Of a DNA stretch of 64,000 bases, positions 47,836 through 57,380 are shown piece after piece. Origin of the DNA: Polaribacter sp. (GTDB lineage Bacteria; Bacteroidota; Bacteroidia; Flavobacteriales; Flavobacteriaceae); contig DYMN01000010.1 in assembly GCA_020740485.1 (NCBI GenBank), forward strand, positions 9,974 to 73,973. The letters run 5' to 3'. A program made the translations under genes and the position numbers. The notes under the pieces are model-generated. The model worked only from the letters and a program-made list of their open reading frames with translations. It searched no databases and had not been told where the DNA came from. Numbering within the stretch: the stretch's first letter is position 1; every line of letters begins with the position of its first letter.

Positions 47836-47855
47836 AATCCGATAGCTATCGGATT
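47836..47855. repeat. perfect 20-bp palindrome aatccgatagctatcggatt
   Basis: Same CCGATA-n-TATCGG hairpin family as 2647..2662, 20686..20703, 22599..22618 and 22624..22641. Confidence 0.85.
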
Positions 47856-47922
47856 GGAAATTACAAGTTAGCGTTAGCGTTACTATAAGTTATAAATTCT
47901 ATAAAATTCTTAAGATTTAAAG

Positions 47923-48597
47923 TTACAAGCTTTGAATTTTAAACCCTACTAACATTTCTCTTTTCCCCGGTGGTCCGGGTGTTTTTTCAACTTGAAATCC
48001 TACACTATGCATAGCTCTTCTTACACTTCCTTTGGCAGAATAGGTGGTTAAAATTCCATTTTCGGTCAGTGCATCGAACATTTTTTTAAACATTTCTTCT
48101 GTCCACAATTCAGGTTGTACTCTTGGACTAAATGCATCGAAATAGATTAAATCAAATTCATTTTGAAAGGTTAATTCTGTAAATTCCTTTTTGATTTTTG
48201 TTAACGAAAATTGTTTCGTAATATTTGAATACTCCTCCCATTTTTCATAAAACATCCTGTTAAACAGTTCGTTGCAATTATCATTTTTTAATAAATTACC
48301 ATAATTGAGAAGAATATGTTCTTCTTTTTTTATTGGAAAAGCATCGATGCCTGTATATTTGATTTTTAAAGATTTTTTCTCGCTTTCTAAAAGAGTAATG
48401 AGTGCATTAAGTCCTGTCCCATAGCCAATTTCTAAAATGTTCACTTCATTTATTGAAACTCTTTCCAATCCATTTTTGATAAAAACATGATAAGCTTCTT
48501 GTATTGCACCATGATGCGAATGATAATATTCATTCCATTCCGGTAAAAAAAAACTGCTTGAGCCATCGTTGGTTAACACTATTTTTCGCTCTGACAT
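47923..48597 (-). CDS. mnmD: tRNA (mnm5s2U34) methyltransferase MnmD-like
   Basis: SAM-MTase with YFDAFSPRVQPELWTEEMF, the MnmC methyltransferase-domain signature; 224 aa. Confidence 0.75.
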   Translation of the reverse strand: MSERKIVLTNDGSSSFFLPEWNEYYHSHHGAIQEAYHVFIKNGLERVSINEVNILEIGYGTGLNALITLLESEKKSLKIKYTGIDAFPIKKEEHILLNYGNLLKNDNCNELFNRMFYEKWEEYSNITKQFSLTKIKKEFTELTFQNEFDLIYFDAFSPRVQPELWTEEMFKKMFDALTENGILTTYSAKGSVRRAMHSVGFQVEKTPGPPGKREMLVGFKIQSL

Positions 48598-48806
48598 GGT
48601 TTCTTTGACGTTTTAAAGTTTATTTTTACTCAATCGTTGTAGTAAAACTCAAAATTTAGATGTAATAAATATATTCTTTTATTAAATTGATGAAAATTCA
48701 AATGCAAATATATTGAATAATCGTCAAATAAAAGCAGTTTTCTATTGTATTAAATTGAAAACATTATTTTTTTTTAATATTATTATGATAATTACGTAAT
48801 TTTATA

Positions 48807-48814
48807 TATCTTTG
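48807..48814 (+). promoter_or_regulatory. candidate -7 box (tatctttg) of ilvE
   Basis: Exact TAnnTTTG match 23 nt upstream of the ATG. Confidence 0.5.
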
Positions 48815-48836
48815 TTAAGTATTAAACTATTAAAAA

Positions 48837-49922
48837 ATGAACGCAGATTTAACTACCCGATTTACTATTGAAAAAGTTGCAAAATCTAAAATTAGCGCAG
48901 TTGATTTTGAAAATCTAATTTTTGGTAAAGTTTTTTCTGATCACATGTTTGAATGTGATTACATAGATGGTGCTTGGCAAAATCCGAGAATAAAACCCTA
49001 TCAACCTTTAACTTTAGATCCTTCTTCCAAAGTGCTTCACTATGGACAGGCTGTGTTTGAAGGGATGAAGGCTTATAAAGATGAAAAGGATGGAATATGG
49101 TTGTTTCGTCCTGATCAAAATCAGGAGCGCATTAATAAATCATCTGTACGTATGGCGATTCCGGAGTTTCCAAAAGAATGGTTTTTTGAGGCGCTTAATC
49201 GATTATTGGTTTTAGATGCTGCTTGGGTGCCAAAAGGAATTGGGAATACTTTATACATTAGACCTTTTGTTTTTGCAACCGAATCAGGGGTGCAGGCATC
49301 CAAATCGAATGCTTACAAATTTATGATCATTATGTCTCCGGTAAAAAGTTATTTTCGTGGAGAAGTGCGCGTGGTGATTGCACAACAATACAGCCGTGCT
49401 GCTAATGGTGGCGTAGGGGCGGCAAAAGCTGCCGGAAATTACGGCGGACAATTTTATCCTACTGAGTTAGCCGGAAAAGAAGGTTATCAACAGGTTATTT
49501 GGACGGATGATACTTCGCATACATACATGGAAGAAGCCGGTACAATGAACGTGTTTTTCCGTATTAATGACACCTTAATTACGGCACCAACCAGCGATAG
49601 AATATTAGATGGTGTCACGCGAAAGAGTTTAATAACCATCGCAGAACATGCGGGCATTCCGGTTGAGGTTAGAAAAATATCCGTTCAAGAATTGGTTGAA
49701 GCCGCTAAAAATGGTAGTCTGAAAGAAATTTTTGGAGCAGGAACTGCTGCAACGGTCAGTCCGGTGAAGAGTTTCGCTTATGATGGAGTGGATTATCCTG
49801 TTCCCCCACAAGAAGATTCCTATTCCGGTAGATTGAAAAAAATAATTTTAGACATTCAATACAACGTAACTGAGGATCCATTCGGGTGGAGATATAAAGT
49901 GAGTGAAGAAAATATAAATTAA
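48837..49922 (+). CDS. ilvE: branched-chain amino acid aminotransferase
   Basis: Fold-type IV PLP enzyme pattern (FEGMKAY, AAKAAGNYG, EEAGTMNVFF, GVTR); 361 aa. Confidence 0.88.
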   Translation: MNADLTTRFTIEKVAKSKISAVDFENLIFGKVFSDHMFECDYIDGAWQNPRIKPYQPLTLDPSSKVLHYGQAVFEGMKAYKDEKDGIWLFRPDQNQERINKSSVRMAIPEFPKEWFFEALNRLLVLDAAWVPKGIGNTLYIRPFVFATESGVQASKSNAYKFMIIMSPVKSYFRGEVRVVIAQQYSRAANGGVGAAKAAGNYGGQFYPTELAGKEGYQQVIWTDDTSHTYMEEAGTMNVFFRINDTLITAPTSDRILDGVTRKSLITIAEHAGIPVEVRKISVQELVEAAKNGSLKEIFGAGTAATVSPVKSFAYDGVDYPVPPQEDSYSGRLKKIILDIQYNVTEDPFGWRYKVSEENIN

Positions 49923-49958
49923 TCACCGCAAAGACACTAAAACGCAAAAATTTAATTA

Positions 49959-50345
49959 ATGGATAGAGAAAAACTGGATGAATTGTCGTCTTATGTTGTA
50001 GACAGCGCATTTCAAGTCCATAAAGAAATGGGCCCCGGTTTATTGGAAAGTGTTTATGAATATTGCATGATTGAAGAGTTAAAACGTAGAAATATTTCTT
50101 TTAATTCTCAGTATGTAGTCCCACTTTTTTACAAAGGTGTTGAATTATCAAAAGATTTTCGAATTGATATTTTAATTGAAAACGAAATAGTTGTAGAACT
50201 TAAATCAGTTGAAGCTTTATTACCTGTTCATGAAGCCCAATTAATTTCATATTTAAAATTAACTAAGAAAAAATTGGGATTTTTAATTAATTTTAATGTT
50301 CCATATATAAAACAAGGTATTCTTAGAAGAGTTAACAACTTTTAA
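49959..50345 (+). CDS. GxxExxY family protein (PD-(D/E)XK_3 superfamily)
   Basis: GPGLLESVY (GxxExxY) and RIDILIENEIVVELKS (D...E-x-K); 128 aa. Confidence 0.8.
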   Translation: MDREKLDELSSYVVDSAFQVHKEMGPGLLESVYEYCMIEELKRRNISFNSQYVVPLFYKGVELSKDFRIDILIENEIVVELKSVEALLPVHEAQLISYLKLTKKKLGFLINFNVPYIKQGILRRVNNF

Positions 50346-50495
50346 TTACTCAGCAATAAATTCGAGTTAGCAGTTAGTTTGAATAATTTTTTTCAAATCT
50401 AATATTAAGAAAAGATATGTTTTTATTTATTTTTAAATTAATTTTGTAAAATAAATTCGCATTGCGTCTTTGCGTTTTTGCGGTAAAGTAAACTT

Positions 50496-51272
50496 ATGAT
50501 GAATGTACCAACTATGGCTGAATTGGCCGCCCAAGGTAAACAACCTGAAATCCTTTTTTGGGTAGGTTGTGCCGGAAGTTATGATGATCGTGCCAAAAAA
50601 ATAACTCGTGCTTTTGTTAAAATTCTCAATCATGCTCAAGTGGATTTTGCTGTTTTGGGAACTGAAGAAAGTTGCACAGGCGATCCGGCAAAAAGAGCCG
50701 GAAATGAAATGCTTTTCCAAATGCAAGCATTGACTAACATTGAAATACTCAATGCGTATGAGGTAAAAAAAATTGTAACTACTTGTCCGCATTGTTTTAA
50801 TACCATTAAAAATGAGTATCCGCAATTAGGTGGAAAATACGAAGTTATACATCATACACAGTTGATAAACAGCTTGATAAAAGAAGGAAAACTCAAGATT
50901 GAAGGTGGAACTTTTAAAGGCAAACGCATCACTTATCACGATCCTTGCTATCTTGGAAGAGGCAATGGTATCTACGAAGTCCCTCGAATGGTTTTACAAA
51001 AATTAGAAGCTGATTTACAAGATGCAGAATTGAGCAGAAGTAAATCTACCTGCTGTGGAGCAGGAGGCGCACAAATGTTTAAAGAAGCAGAAAAAGGGGA
51101 TAGAGAAGTGTTTGAAAAACGTACCGATGAACTGATGCAACTCAAACCACAAGTAATTGCCACGGCTTGTGCATTTTGCAATACCATGCTCACTGATGGC
51201 GTAAAAGGTTTAAACCAAGAAAACGAAGTGGAAGTGTTGGATGTAGCGGAATTAATAGCTAAAGATTTATAA
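50496..51272 (+). CDS. (Fe-S)-binding CCG-domain protein (heterodisulfide reductase D / GlcF-like)
   Basis: Two cysteine-rich CCG-type motifs (TCPHCFNT...DPCYLGR...CCGAGG); 258 aa. Confidence 0.75.
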   Translation: MMNVPTMAELAAQGKQPEILFWVGCAGSYDDRAKKITRAFVKILNHAQVDFAVLGTEESCTGDPAKRAGNEMLFQMQALTNIEILNAYEVKKIVTTCPHCFNTIKNEYPQLGGKYEVIHHTQLINSLIKEGKLKIEGGTFKGKRITYHDPCYLGRGNGIYEVPRMVLQKLEADLQDAELSRSKSTCCGAGGAQMFKEAEKGDREVFEKRTDELMQLKPQVIATACAFCNTMLTDGVKGLNQENEVEVLDVAELIAKDL

Positions 51273-51296
51273 ATTGAAATAATCATTATTGAATCA

Positions 51297-51329
51297 AACC
51301 CCTTCAATGTTACTAACAATGAAGGGGTT
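51297..51329 (+). other. hairpin between the Fe-S gene and menA
   Basis: aaccccttca-13 nt-tgaaggggtt. It lies inside the TTG-extended version of the menA ORF, which argues for the ATG at 51349. Confidence 0.55.
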
Positions 51330-51348
51330 AAATATAGATAGATACGAC

Positions 51349-52251
51349 ATGCCTGACCTAAAATCAATAATAGAAGCAGCTCGATTGAGAACTTTACCTC
51401 TTTCAATTTCCGGAATTATAGTAGGGAGTTTTCTGGCAAAAGCAGATGGTTTTTTTAATGGACTGATTTTTGTTTTAGCCATACTTACTACGCTGGGTTT
51501 TCAGATACTTTCTAATTTTGCCAACGATTATGGCGACGGGGTCAAGGGAACAGATAATGCAGAGCGCATTGGACCTAAAAGAGCTGTTCAGAGCGGAGCT
51601 ATTTCTAAAGAACAGATGAAACGAATCATAATTGTTACCATCATTTTAACTCTAATTGTAGCTTTAGCCCTAATTTATACTGCATTTGGTGCAGAAAATC
51701 GGATATTTTTTATGCTGTTTTTCTTTTTGGGAATAGCCAGTATAATTGCAGCCGTTAAATATACTGTCGGTAATAATGCTTACGGTTATTCAGGTTTTGG
51801 TGATTTATTTGTGTTTTTATTTTTCGGTTTACTTTCTGTAGTAGGCAGTTATTTTTTATATACCCATTTTTTAGATTGGACTCTATTTCTTCCAGCGTTT
51901 TCAGTGGGATTGTTAAGTGTTGGGGTTTTGCATCTCAATAATATGCGTGATATGAATTCCGACATCAATGCAGGTAAAAATACAATGGCAGTGAAATTGG
52001 GAGTCGAAAAATCTAAAAAATATTACTATTATTTGATTGGGTTTTCTATGACTTTTGCCTTTTTTTATGTGAATTTTCATTTTCACAGCTTATGGCAGTT
52101 TTTATTTATCATTTCTTATATTCCTATCATCAAACAATTGATAAGAGTTTTAAAAAATAAAGATCCCAAACTACTTGACCCAGAACTTAAAATATTAGCT
52201 TTGAGTACATTTTTGTTTTCAATTTTATTTGGTTTGGGACAAATTATTTGA
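51349..52251 (+). CDS. menA: 1,4-dihydroxy-2-naphthoate polyprenyltransferase
   Basis: UbiA-family motif NDYGDGVKGTD with multiple TM helices. ATG 51349 is preferred over track TTG 51289. Confidence 0.85.
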   Translation: MPDLKSIIEAARLRTLPLSISGIIVGSFLAKADGFFNGLIFVLAILTTLGFQILSNFANDYGDGVKGTDNAERIGPKRAVQSGAISKEQMKRIIIVTIILTLIVALALIYTAFGAENRIFFMLFFFLGIASIIAAVKYTVGNNAYGYSGFGDLFVFLFFGLLSVVGSYFLYTHFLDWTLFLPAFSVGLLSVGVLHLNNMRDMNSDINAGKNTMAVKLGVEKSKKYYYYLIGFSMTFAFFYVNFHFHSLWQFLFIISYIPIIKQLIRVLKNKDPKLLDPELKILALSTFLFSILFGLGQII

Positions 52252-52320
52252 CAATAAATAAATTTAATGTTCTCATCAAATTAGTCAATTGTAATTCATA
52301 GTTTTTGGATTATTAAATTG

Positions 52321-52328
52321 TATGTTTG
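52321..52328 (+). promoter_or_regulatory. candidate -7 box (tatgtttg)
   Basis: Overlaps the track TTG start at 52326 and lies 28 nt upstream of the ATG at 52356. Confidence 0.45.
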
Positions 52329-52355
52329 CTACCTAAACTTGTAAAAGTAAATATT

Positions 52356-53762
52356 ATGCAAACAGAACAAAATCAAGCAAATAATCATTATATCGCTATC
52401 ATTGGTGGTTCGGTTTCCGGTTCGGAAGCGGCAAGTATGTTAGCTGAAAAAGGCTATAAAGTTGTGGTTTTCGACCAAAATGAATTGCCGTACGGAAAAT
52501 TAGAAGACGGTCTTCCTATGTGGCACGCCAGTTTGCGCGACCGTCAAGAAGAAATGATTGACGAAAAATTGGACCATCCCAACATTACCTATCTGCCATT
52601 AGTTCAAATAGGAAAAGATGTCAATTTTAGTGAATTAGCCAATGAATGGGGTTTTTCAGCGGTTATTTTAGCCAACGGCGCTTGGGATGACAGAAAGCTG
52701 AATTTAAAACAAATTCATCAATTCGAAGGGGAGAATTTAGTGTATCAAAATCCGTTTTTATATTGGTTTAACCACAAACACGAACCGGATTACAAAGGGA
52801 AACGTTACAAAATTCAAAACAGAGCGGTGGTGTTAGGCGGTGGTTTGGCATCAATAGATGTGATGAAAATTATTATGATGGAGTTGGTTATTGAAGGGTT
52901 GGAGAAGCACAAAGATATTGAAGTTGATGTGTTTACCTTAGAAAAAAAAGGAATAAAAGAAATTTTAGAATTGCATAATACCACGTTAGAAGAAATAGGA
53001 GTAGAACCGGGATATTTGGTTTACAGACGTTCTGCAGAAGATATGCCTTTGGCGCAACCCAGCGATGATACACCGGAAAAAATTGCCAAAGCGCGAGAAA
53101 CATCTAAAAATTTGATTGAAAAATACGTAGATAAATTTTTATTCCACTTTGTGCCACAAGCCGTTGTAGAGGATGATATCATAGAAAACGGTAAATTTGA
53201 AGGATTGAAATTTCGCAAAATGTCGATAGAAGGCAAAAATTTGGTTGCTACGAACGAAACCTTTGAAATCAGAACCCATTTTGTGGTGAGTTCCATTGGG
53301 AGTACTCCTAAAAAAATTGAAGGACTTCCCTACGATGGTGAAAAACTAAAAATGAATCCGAACAACGAATTTAACGTAGATGGGTTTGATAATGTTTTTG
53401 CTATCGGCAATGCTATTACCGGTAAAGGCAACATTATGAGTTCCAAGAAACACGGTAAAGAAATGACTGCCAGAATTATCAGTGAGCATTTAGATGAATT
53501 AAATGATATATATACTAACGACGATAAAATGGTTGAGAAATTAAGTATCTATAATACAGCACTCAAAGAATTAATGGCAGAAGAGTTAGCGAGTATAGAA
53601 AATAGTATCTTAAAACAAAGAATTATTTCTACCAACGAAGAAGTTTGTTTAATTGACAAAACATCTAAATTCAACAAAGATCATCAGTTTTCTTCCTATA
53701 AGAGATGGATTGCCGAACATAAACCGTTACGATTAGAAAATTTATTAGGGCTTTCGCATTGA
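52356..53762 (+). CDS. FAD/NAD(P)-dependent oxidoreductase (glutamate-synthase small-subunit-like)
   Basis: IAIIGGSVSGSEAA dinucleotide motif and a second Rossmann motif VVLGGGLASIDV; about 468 aa. Confidence 0.65.
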   Translation: MQTEQNQANNHYIAIIGGSVSGSEAASMLAEKGYKVVVFDQNELPYGKLEDGLPMWHASLRDRQEEMIDEKLDHPNITYLPLVQIGKDVNFSELANEWGFSAVILANGAWDDRKLNLKQIHQFEGENLVYQNPFLYWFNHKHEPDYKGKRYKIQNRAVVLGGGLASIDVMKIIMMELVIEGLEKHKDIEVDVFTLEKKGIKEILELHNTTLEEIGVEPGYLVYRRSAEDMPLAQPSDDTPEKIAKARETSKNLIEKYVDKFLFHFVPQAVVEDDIIENGKFEGLKFRKMSIEGKNLVATNETFEIRTHFVVSSIGSTPKKIEGLPYDGEKLKMNPNNEFNVDGFDNVFAIGNAITGKGNIMSSKKHGKEMTARIISEHLDELNDIYTNDDKMVEKLSIYNTALKELMAEELASIENSILKQRIISTNEEVCLIDKTSKFNKDHQFSSYKRWIAEHKPLRLENLLGLSH

Positions 53763-53778
53763 TCGATAAATAATTCAT

Positions 53779-53817
53779 AAAAACCCGTATTGTGTTTATC
53801 GTAATACGGGTTTTTTT
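53779..53817 (+). terminator. intrinsic terminator
   Basis: aaaacccgtatt...aatacgggtttt followed by T7. Confidence 0.8.
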
Positions 53818-53849
53818 ATCATATTTTTACAGGGCTACTTAAAAATATG

Positions 53850-53857
53850 TACTTTTG
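53850..53857 (+). promoter_or_regulatory. candidate -7 box (tacttttg)
   Basis: Overlaps the track ATG at 53847, suggesting the real start is the in-frame TTG at 53880. Confidence 0.4.
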
Positions 53858-53879
53858 TAGCATAGGTAAAATAATAAAA

Positions 53880-55931
53880 TTGAAAAACTTTTTAAATAGA
53901 ATTTTTGAAAATCATTCTCTGATTTTTAAACTAATAGTGTATTTAATTGCAGTAATTGCCATTGTTTATCTATTTCCCCGAAACGGGCAGTTTAAATATC
54001 AATTTCAACAAGGGTCTCAATGGCAATACGATGATTTTTACGCTCCTTTTGATTTTGCAATACATAAAAATGAAGCGGAAATAAATAGCGAAAAACAAGA
54101 AATTCAGAACAACAAGAAATATTTTTTCAAAAAGCAAGACTCTATTTCCAAAAATGTTGAAAATAAATTACTTGTTGAAAGTAAGAGTCTATTTTCGAAT
54201 GAAACAGTTCACGATAAGACCGGATTGGAAATTGCAAATGGCATCATACAACAAATTTATGAGGTAGGTTATCTCAAAAAAACGGATGAAAAATTTAAAC
54301 AAAATAATTTTTTTATTGAAATATTAAGTGGGAATTTATCAAAAGTTGTTGATTACAAAGATTTGTATACTGATAATTCTGTTAAAAATGCAATAAACCT
54401 TGCGTACGTTAATTATGAAAATACAGATGAAAGAAACAAGTGGATATCATTATTAAATAGAATTGTAGTTCCTGATGTATTTTACGATAAAAATTTCACA
54501 GACACCTATCTTCGCAATCAAATAAATAGCGTATTGCCGGTTAAAGGTTATATTGAAAAAGGGACTTTGATTATTTCAAACGGAGACATCATAGAATCAT
54601 CTGATTTTGAAAAATTAAGTTCCATAAATAAAGAATACGAACATTTGACATGGAGCCAAAAGAATTTTTATTGGTTGCTGTTATCTTATCTGGCTTTAGT
54701 TGCCCTAACTTTATTGATGTTGGTATTATTCATCAATCAATACCGTCCTGTTATAGGAGAGAGTATTTCTAAATTAACGTTTCTTTTTACCATTATGTTT
54801 TTGATGGTATTGGCAACCAAATTAATAATCAATTACAACCCCAAGTATCTCTATATAATACCTTATACACTTTTACCGTTAATGGTAAAAGCCATTTTAG
54901 ATGCACGCGTTGGCCTTTTTACACACGTTTTAACCGTTTTGCTCATAGGATTTTTAGTCCAGAATAGTTTTGAATTTATTTTTATTCAAATCATAGCAGG
55001 AATAGTAACTATATTAACTGTTTCAGACATGAATAAGAGAGCAAATATTTTTCTTACAGTACTTAAAATTATAAGTGTTTATCTGTTGATTTATATTGCA
55101 TTTTCCATAACACACGAAGGTAATTTGGCAAACATCAATAAATTGAATATTTATTTATTTGTGACAAACGGGCTATTGACGGCTTCTCTTATTATACCGA
55201 TGATCTTTATTTTTGAAAAATCATTTGGGCTTACCTCTGACGAAACTTTGAGAGAATTTTCCGATACGAATCACAAATTATTACGTGAATTAAATGAAAA
55301 AGCACCCGGAACTTTTCAACATTCAATGCAAGTTGCCAATTTAGCAGAAGAAGCTTGCACAGAAATTGGAGCGAATGCTCTTTTGGCAAGAACCGGAGCT
55401 TTGTATCACGACATCGGAAAGATTTATAATCCAATGTACTTTGTGGAAAATCAAGCTACGGGTGTAAATCCACATACTGAAATAGATCCCGAAGAAAGTG
55501 CAAGAATCATCATTGATCATGTAGTTTTAGGAATTGAATTAGCCAAAAAGCACAATCTTCCTGACAGGCTAATTGATTTTATCCGCACCCATCACGGAAC
55601 TAATTTAGTATATTATTTTTATAAAAAAGAAGAGGAGTACAATCCCGATGCAACGGATATTAACAAATTCCGTTATCCCGGTCCCATTCCTTTTTCCAAA
55701 GAAACTGCAGTAGTAATGATATGTGATGCTTGTGAAGCAGCATCCAAAAGTTTGAAAGAACCTACAGCAAAAACTTTAGATTTGTTTGTGGATAAAATTG
55801 TAAAAGGGCAAATCGAAAATGGACAATTTCAAAATGCCGATATTACTTTTAGAGAAATAGAAAAAGTTAAAAAAGTGGTTAAGAAAAAATTGAAAAACAT
55901 TTACCATATTAGGATAGAATATCCTGAGTAA
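53880..55931 (+). CDS. 7TM-receptor HD/HDIG phosphohydrolase (PgpH-like)
   Basis: Large extracytoplasmic region, seven TM helices, and an HD domain (HSMQVANLAEEA...LYHDIGK...THHGT). The start is ambiguous (53847 ATG or 53880 TTG). Confidence 0.8.
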   Translation: MKNFLNRIFENHSLIFKLIVYLIAVIAIVYLFPRNGQFKYQFQQGSQWQYDDFYAPFDFAIHKNEAEINSEKQEIQNNKKYFFKKQDSISKNVENKLLVESKSLFSNETVHDKTGLEIANGIIQQIYEVGYLKKTDEKFKQNNFFIEILSGNLSKVVDYKDLYTDNSVKNAINLAYVNYENTDERNKWISLLNRIVVPDVFYDKNFTDTYLRNQINSVLPVKGYIEKGTLIISNGDIIESSDFEKLSSINKEYEHLTWSQKNFYWLLLSYLALVALTLLMLVLFINQYRPVIGESISKLTFLFTIMFLMVLATKLIINYNPKYLYIIPYTLLPLMVKAILDARVGLFTHVLTVLLIGFLVQNSFEFIFIQIIAGIVTILTVSDMNKRANIFLTVLKIISVYLLIYIAFSITHEGNLANINKLNIYLFVTNGLLTASLIIPMIFIFEKSFGLTSDETLREFSDTNHKLLRELNEKAPGTFQHSMQVANLAEEACTEIGANALLARTGALYHDIGKIYNPMYFVENQATGVNPHTEIDPEESARIIIDHVVLGIELAKKHNLPDRLIDFIRTHHGTNLVYYFYKKEEEYNPDATDINKFRYPGPIPFSKETAVVMICDACEAASKSLKEPTAKTLDLFVDKIVKGQIENGQFQNADITFREIEKVKKVVKKKLKNIYHIRIEYPE

Positions 55932-56576
55932 TTAAAGCTCAATCAGATTATTTTTTATGGCAAAAATCATCAGTCCAATTCTATTTTTTACTTTAAAAAG
56001 TTCAAACAAATGTTGTCTGTAGCCATCAATTGTCTTAGGACTTAACATCATTTCATCTGCAATTTCTTTATAGGTTTTTTCTTCGCAAGCCAATTGAATG
56101 AATTGTAATTCTTTGTCTTTCAAATCGAATTTTAATTTTTTTGGTTCATCATCTAAATTATGCATTAGGGCTAATGTAACTATATCAGTGTGAAAATAAC
56201 CATCATTAACAACTGTGTCTAAAGCTTTTTTGAGTAAATCGGGCTCAATATCTTTTAATAAATAACCTTTAGCTCCATTTTTAATCATGGATAAAACGGT
56301 AGTTTCTTCATCTTCCATAGATAGTACAATAACTTTGACAAAGGGTCTGTATTTTTTTAACCACTTCATCGTTGCAATTCCATCCATAATAGGCATCTTG
56401 ACATCTAAAAGTATTACGTGAGGATTTTCCATTCCGGATGATAGTTTTTCAACTAATTCAGCTCCGTTACTGAAAGTGTCAACGACTGCGTAATCGTTAA
56501 AATCATTTACTAAATGTTCTAATGAATGAGCAAATAATTTGTGATCATCTACAATTATAACTCTTCTGATAGGCAT
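55932..56576 (-). CDS. NarL/LuxR-family response regulator
   Basis: Receiver domain (IIVDDHKLF, ILLDVKMP) plus a C-terminal LuxR HTH; 214 aa. Confidence 0.88.
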   Translation of the reverse strand: MPIRRVIIVDDHKLFAHSLEHLVNDFNDYAVVDTFSNGAELVEKLSSGMENPHVILLDVKMPIMDGIATMKWLKKYRPFVKVIVLSMEDEETTVLSMIKNGAKGYLLKDIEPDLLKKALDTVVNDGYFHTDIVTLALMHNLDDEPKKLKFDLKDKELQFIQLACEEKTYKEIADEMMLSPKTIDGYRQHLFELFKVKNRIGLMIFAIKNNLIEL

Positions 56577-56603
56577 AATATGGTGCTTTTAATTGTTTAA
56601 AAA

Positions 56604-57380
56604 TTATTCGATTCCTTTTTTTGGATAGGTCATTTTTATACTCGTTCCTTTCCCATTAGAATATAAATCAAATGTAGTTTGAATCATTTTTGCTCGGCTC
56701 TGCATATTCATCAATCCTGAACCCTTTATCACTTGTTCTTTATCAAAACCTTTACCATTATCCTTCACATTTATTTCAAGAAAATCTTCCGAGTAATTCA
56801 GTGTTACCTCTAATTTTGTGGCTTGTGCGTGCTTAATGGTGTTTGAAAAAAACTCTTGAATCATCCTAAAGAGAATGATTTCATCTTGATTTGAGATTTC
56901 AAAAGGATTCCCGTTTATGATAAGTTGAGAGTCTAAGTACTTTAATCTATTGAATCGGTTTATTTCTATTCGGATAGATTCTTCTAATCCTACGCTATTG
57001 ATGTATTCTGCATTGAGTGTTTTAGATAAAGTTCTTATTTCTTGTAATGAGTTACCGATAATTTCACTAATCTCTTTAATTTTGGAACTATTGTTTTCCG
57101 ATTTTGGAGCCAGCATGTTTAACTCTAATCGAGCCAATGATAGCAGTTGTCCTACATTATCATGTAACTCCCACGCTATATTTTTTAAGGCGTTTTCTTT
57201 AATTTCAATTTCTGATTTCTTTAAAGCTTCTTCAAATACTTTTTCTTTTAATTGCTGATCAATAATCAAATCTACTTTTTTTCTTTGAAAAACAGTATAA
57301 AGGGTTATGAAAATTCCTAATATCAGAAAAATCAAAAATGCGGATATGAACAATACTATTTTGATGCTTTCGTATTCCAT
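56604..57380 (-). CDS. HisKA_3-type sensor histidine kinase with a single TM helix and no sensor domain
   Basis: H-box WELHDNVGQLLS, N-box FSNTIKHA, G-boxes VKDNGKGF and GSGLMNM; 258 aa. Confidence 0.85.
   Translation of the reverse strand: MEYESIKIVLFISAFLIFLILGIFITLYTVFQRKKVDLIIDQQLKEKVFEEALKKSEIEIKENALKNIAWELHDNVGQLLSLARLELNMLAPKSENNSSKIKEISEIIGNSLQEIRTLSKTLNAEYINSVGLEESIRIEINRFNRLKYLDSQLIINGNPFEISNQDEIILFRMIQEFFSNTIKHAQATKLEVTLNYSEDFLEINVKDNGKGFDKEQVIKGSGLMNMQSRAKMIQTTFDLYSNGKGTSIKMTYPKKGIE

Noticed and set aside
50433-50825. ORF 50433..50825 (-).
   Set aside because: It is antisense to the CCG-domain Fe-S gene and spans the inverted-repeat spacer.
51289-51348. TTG start at 51289 for menA.
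   Set aside because: The extension contains a strong hairpin (51297..51329) and is not hydrophobic. The ATG at 51349 begins the conserved UbiA-family N-terminus.
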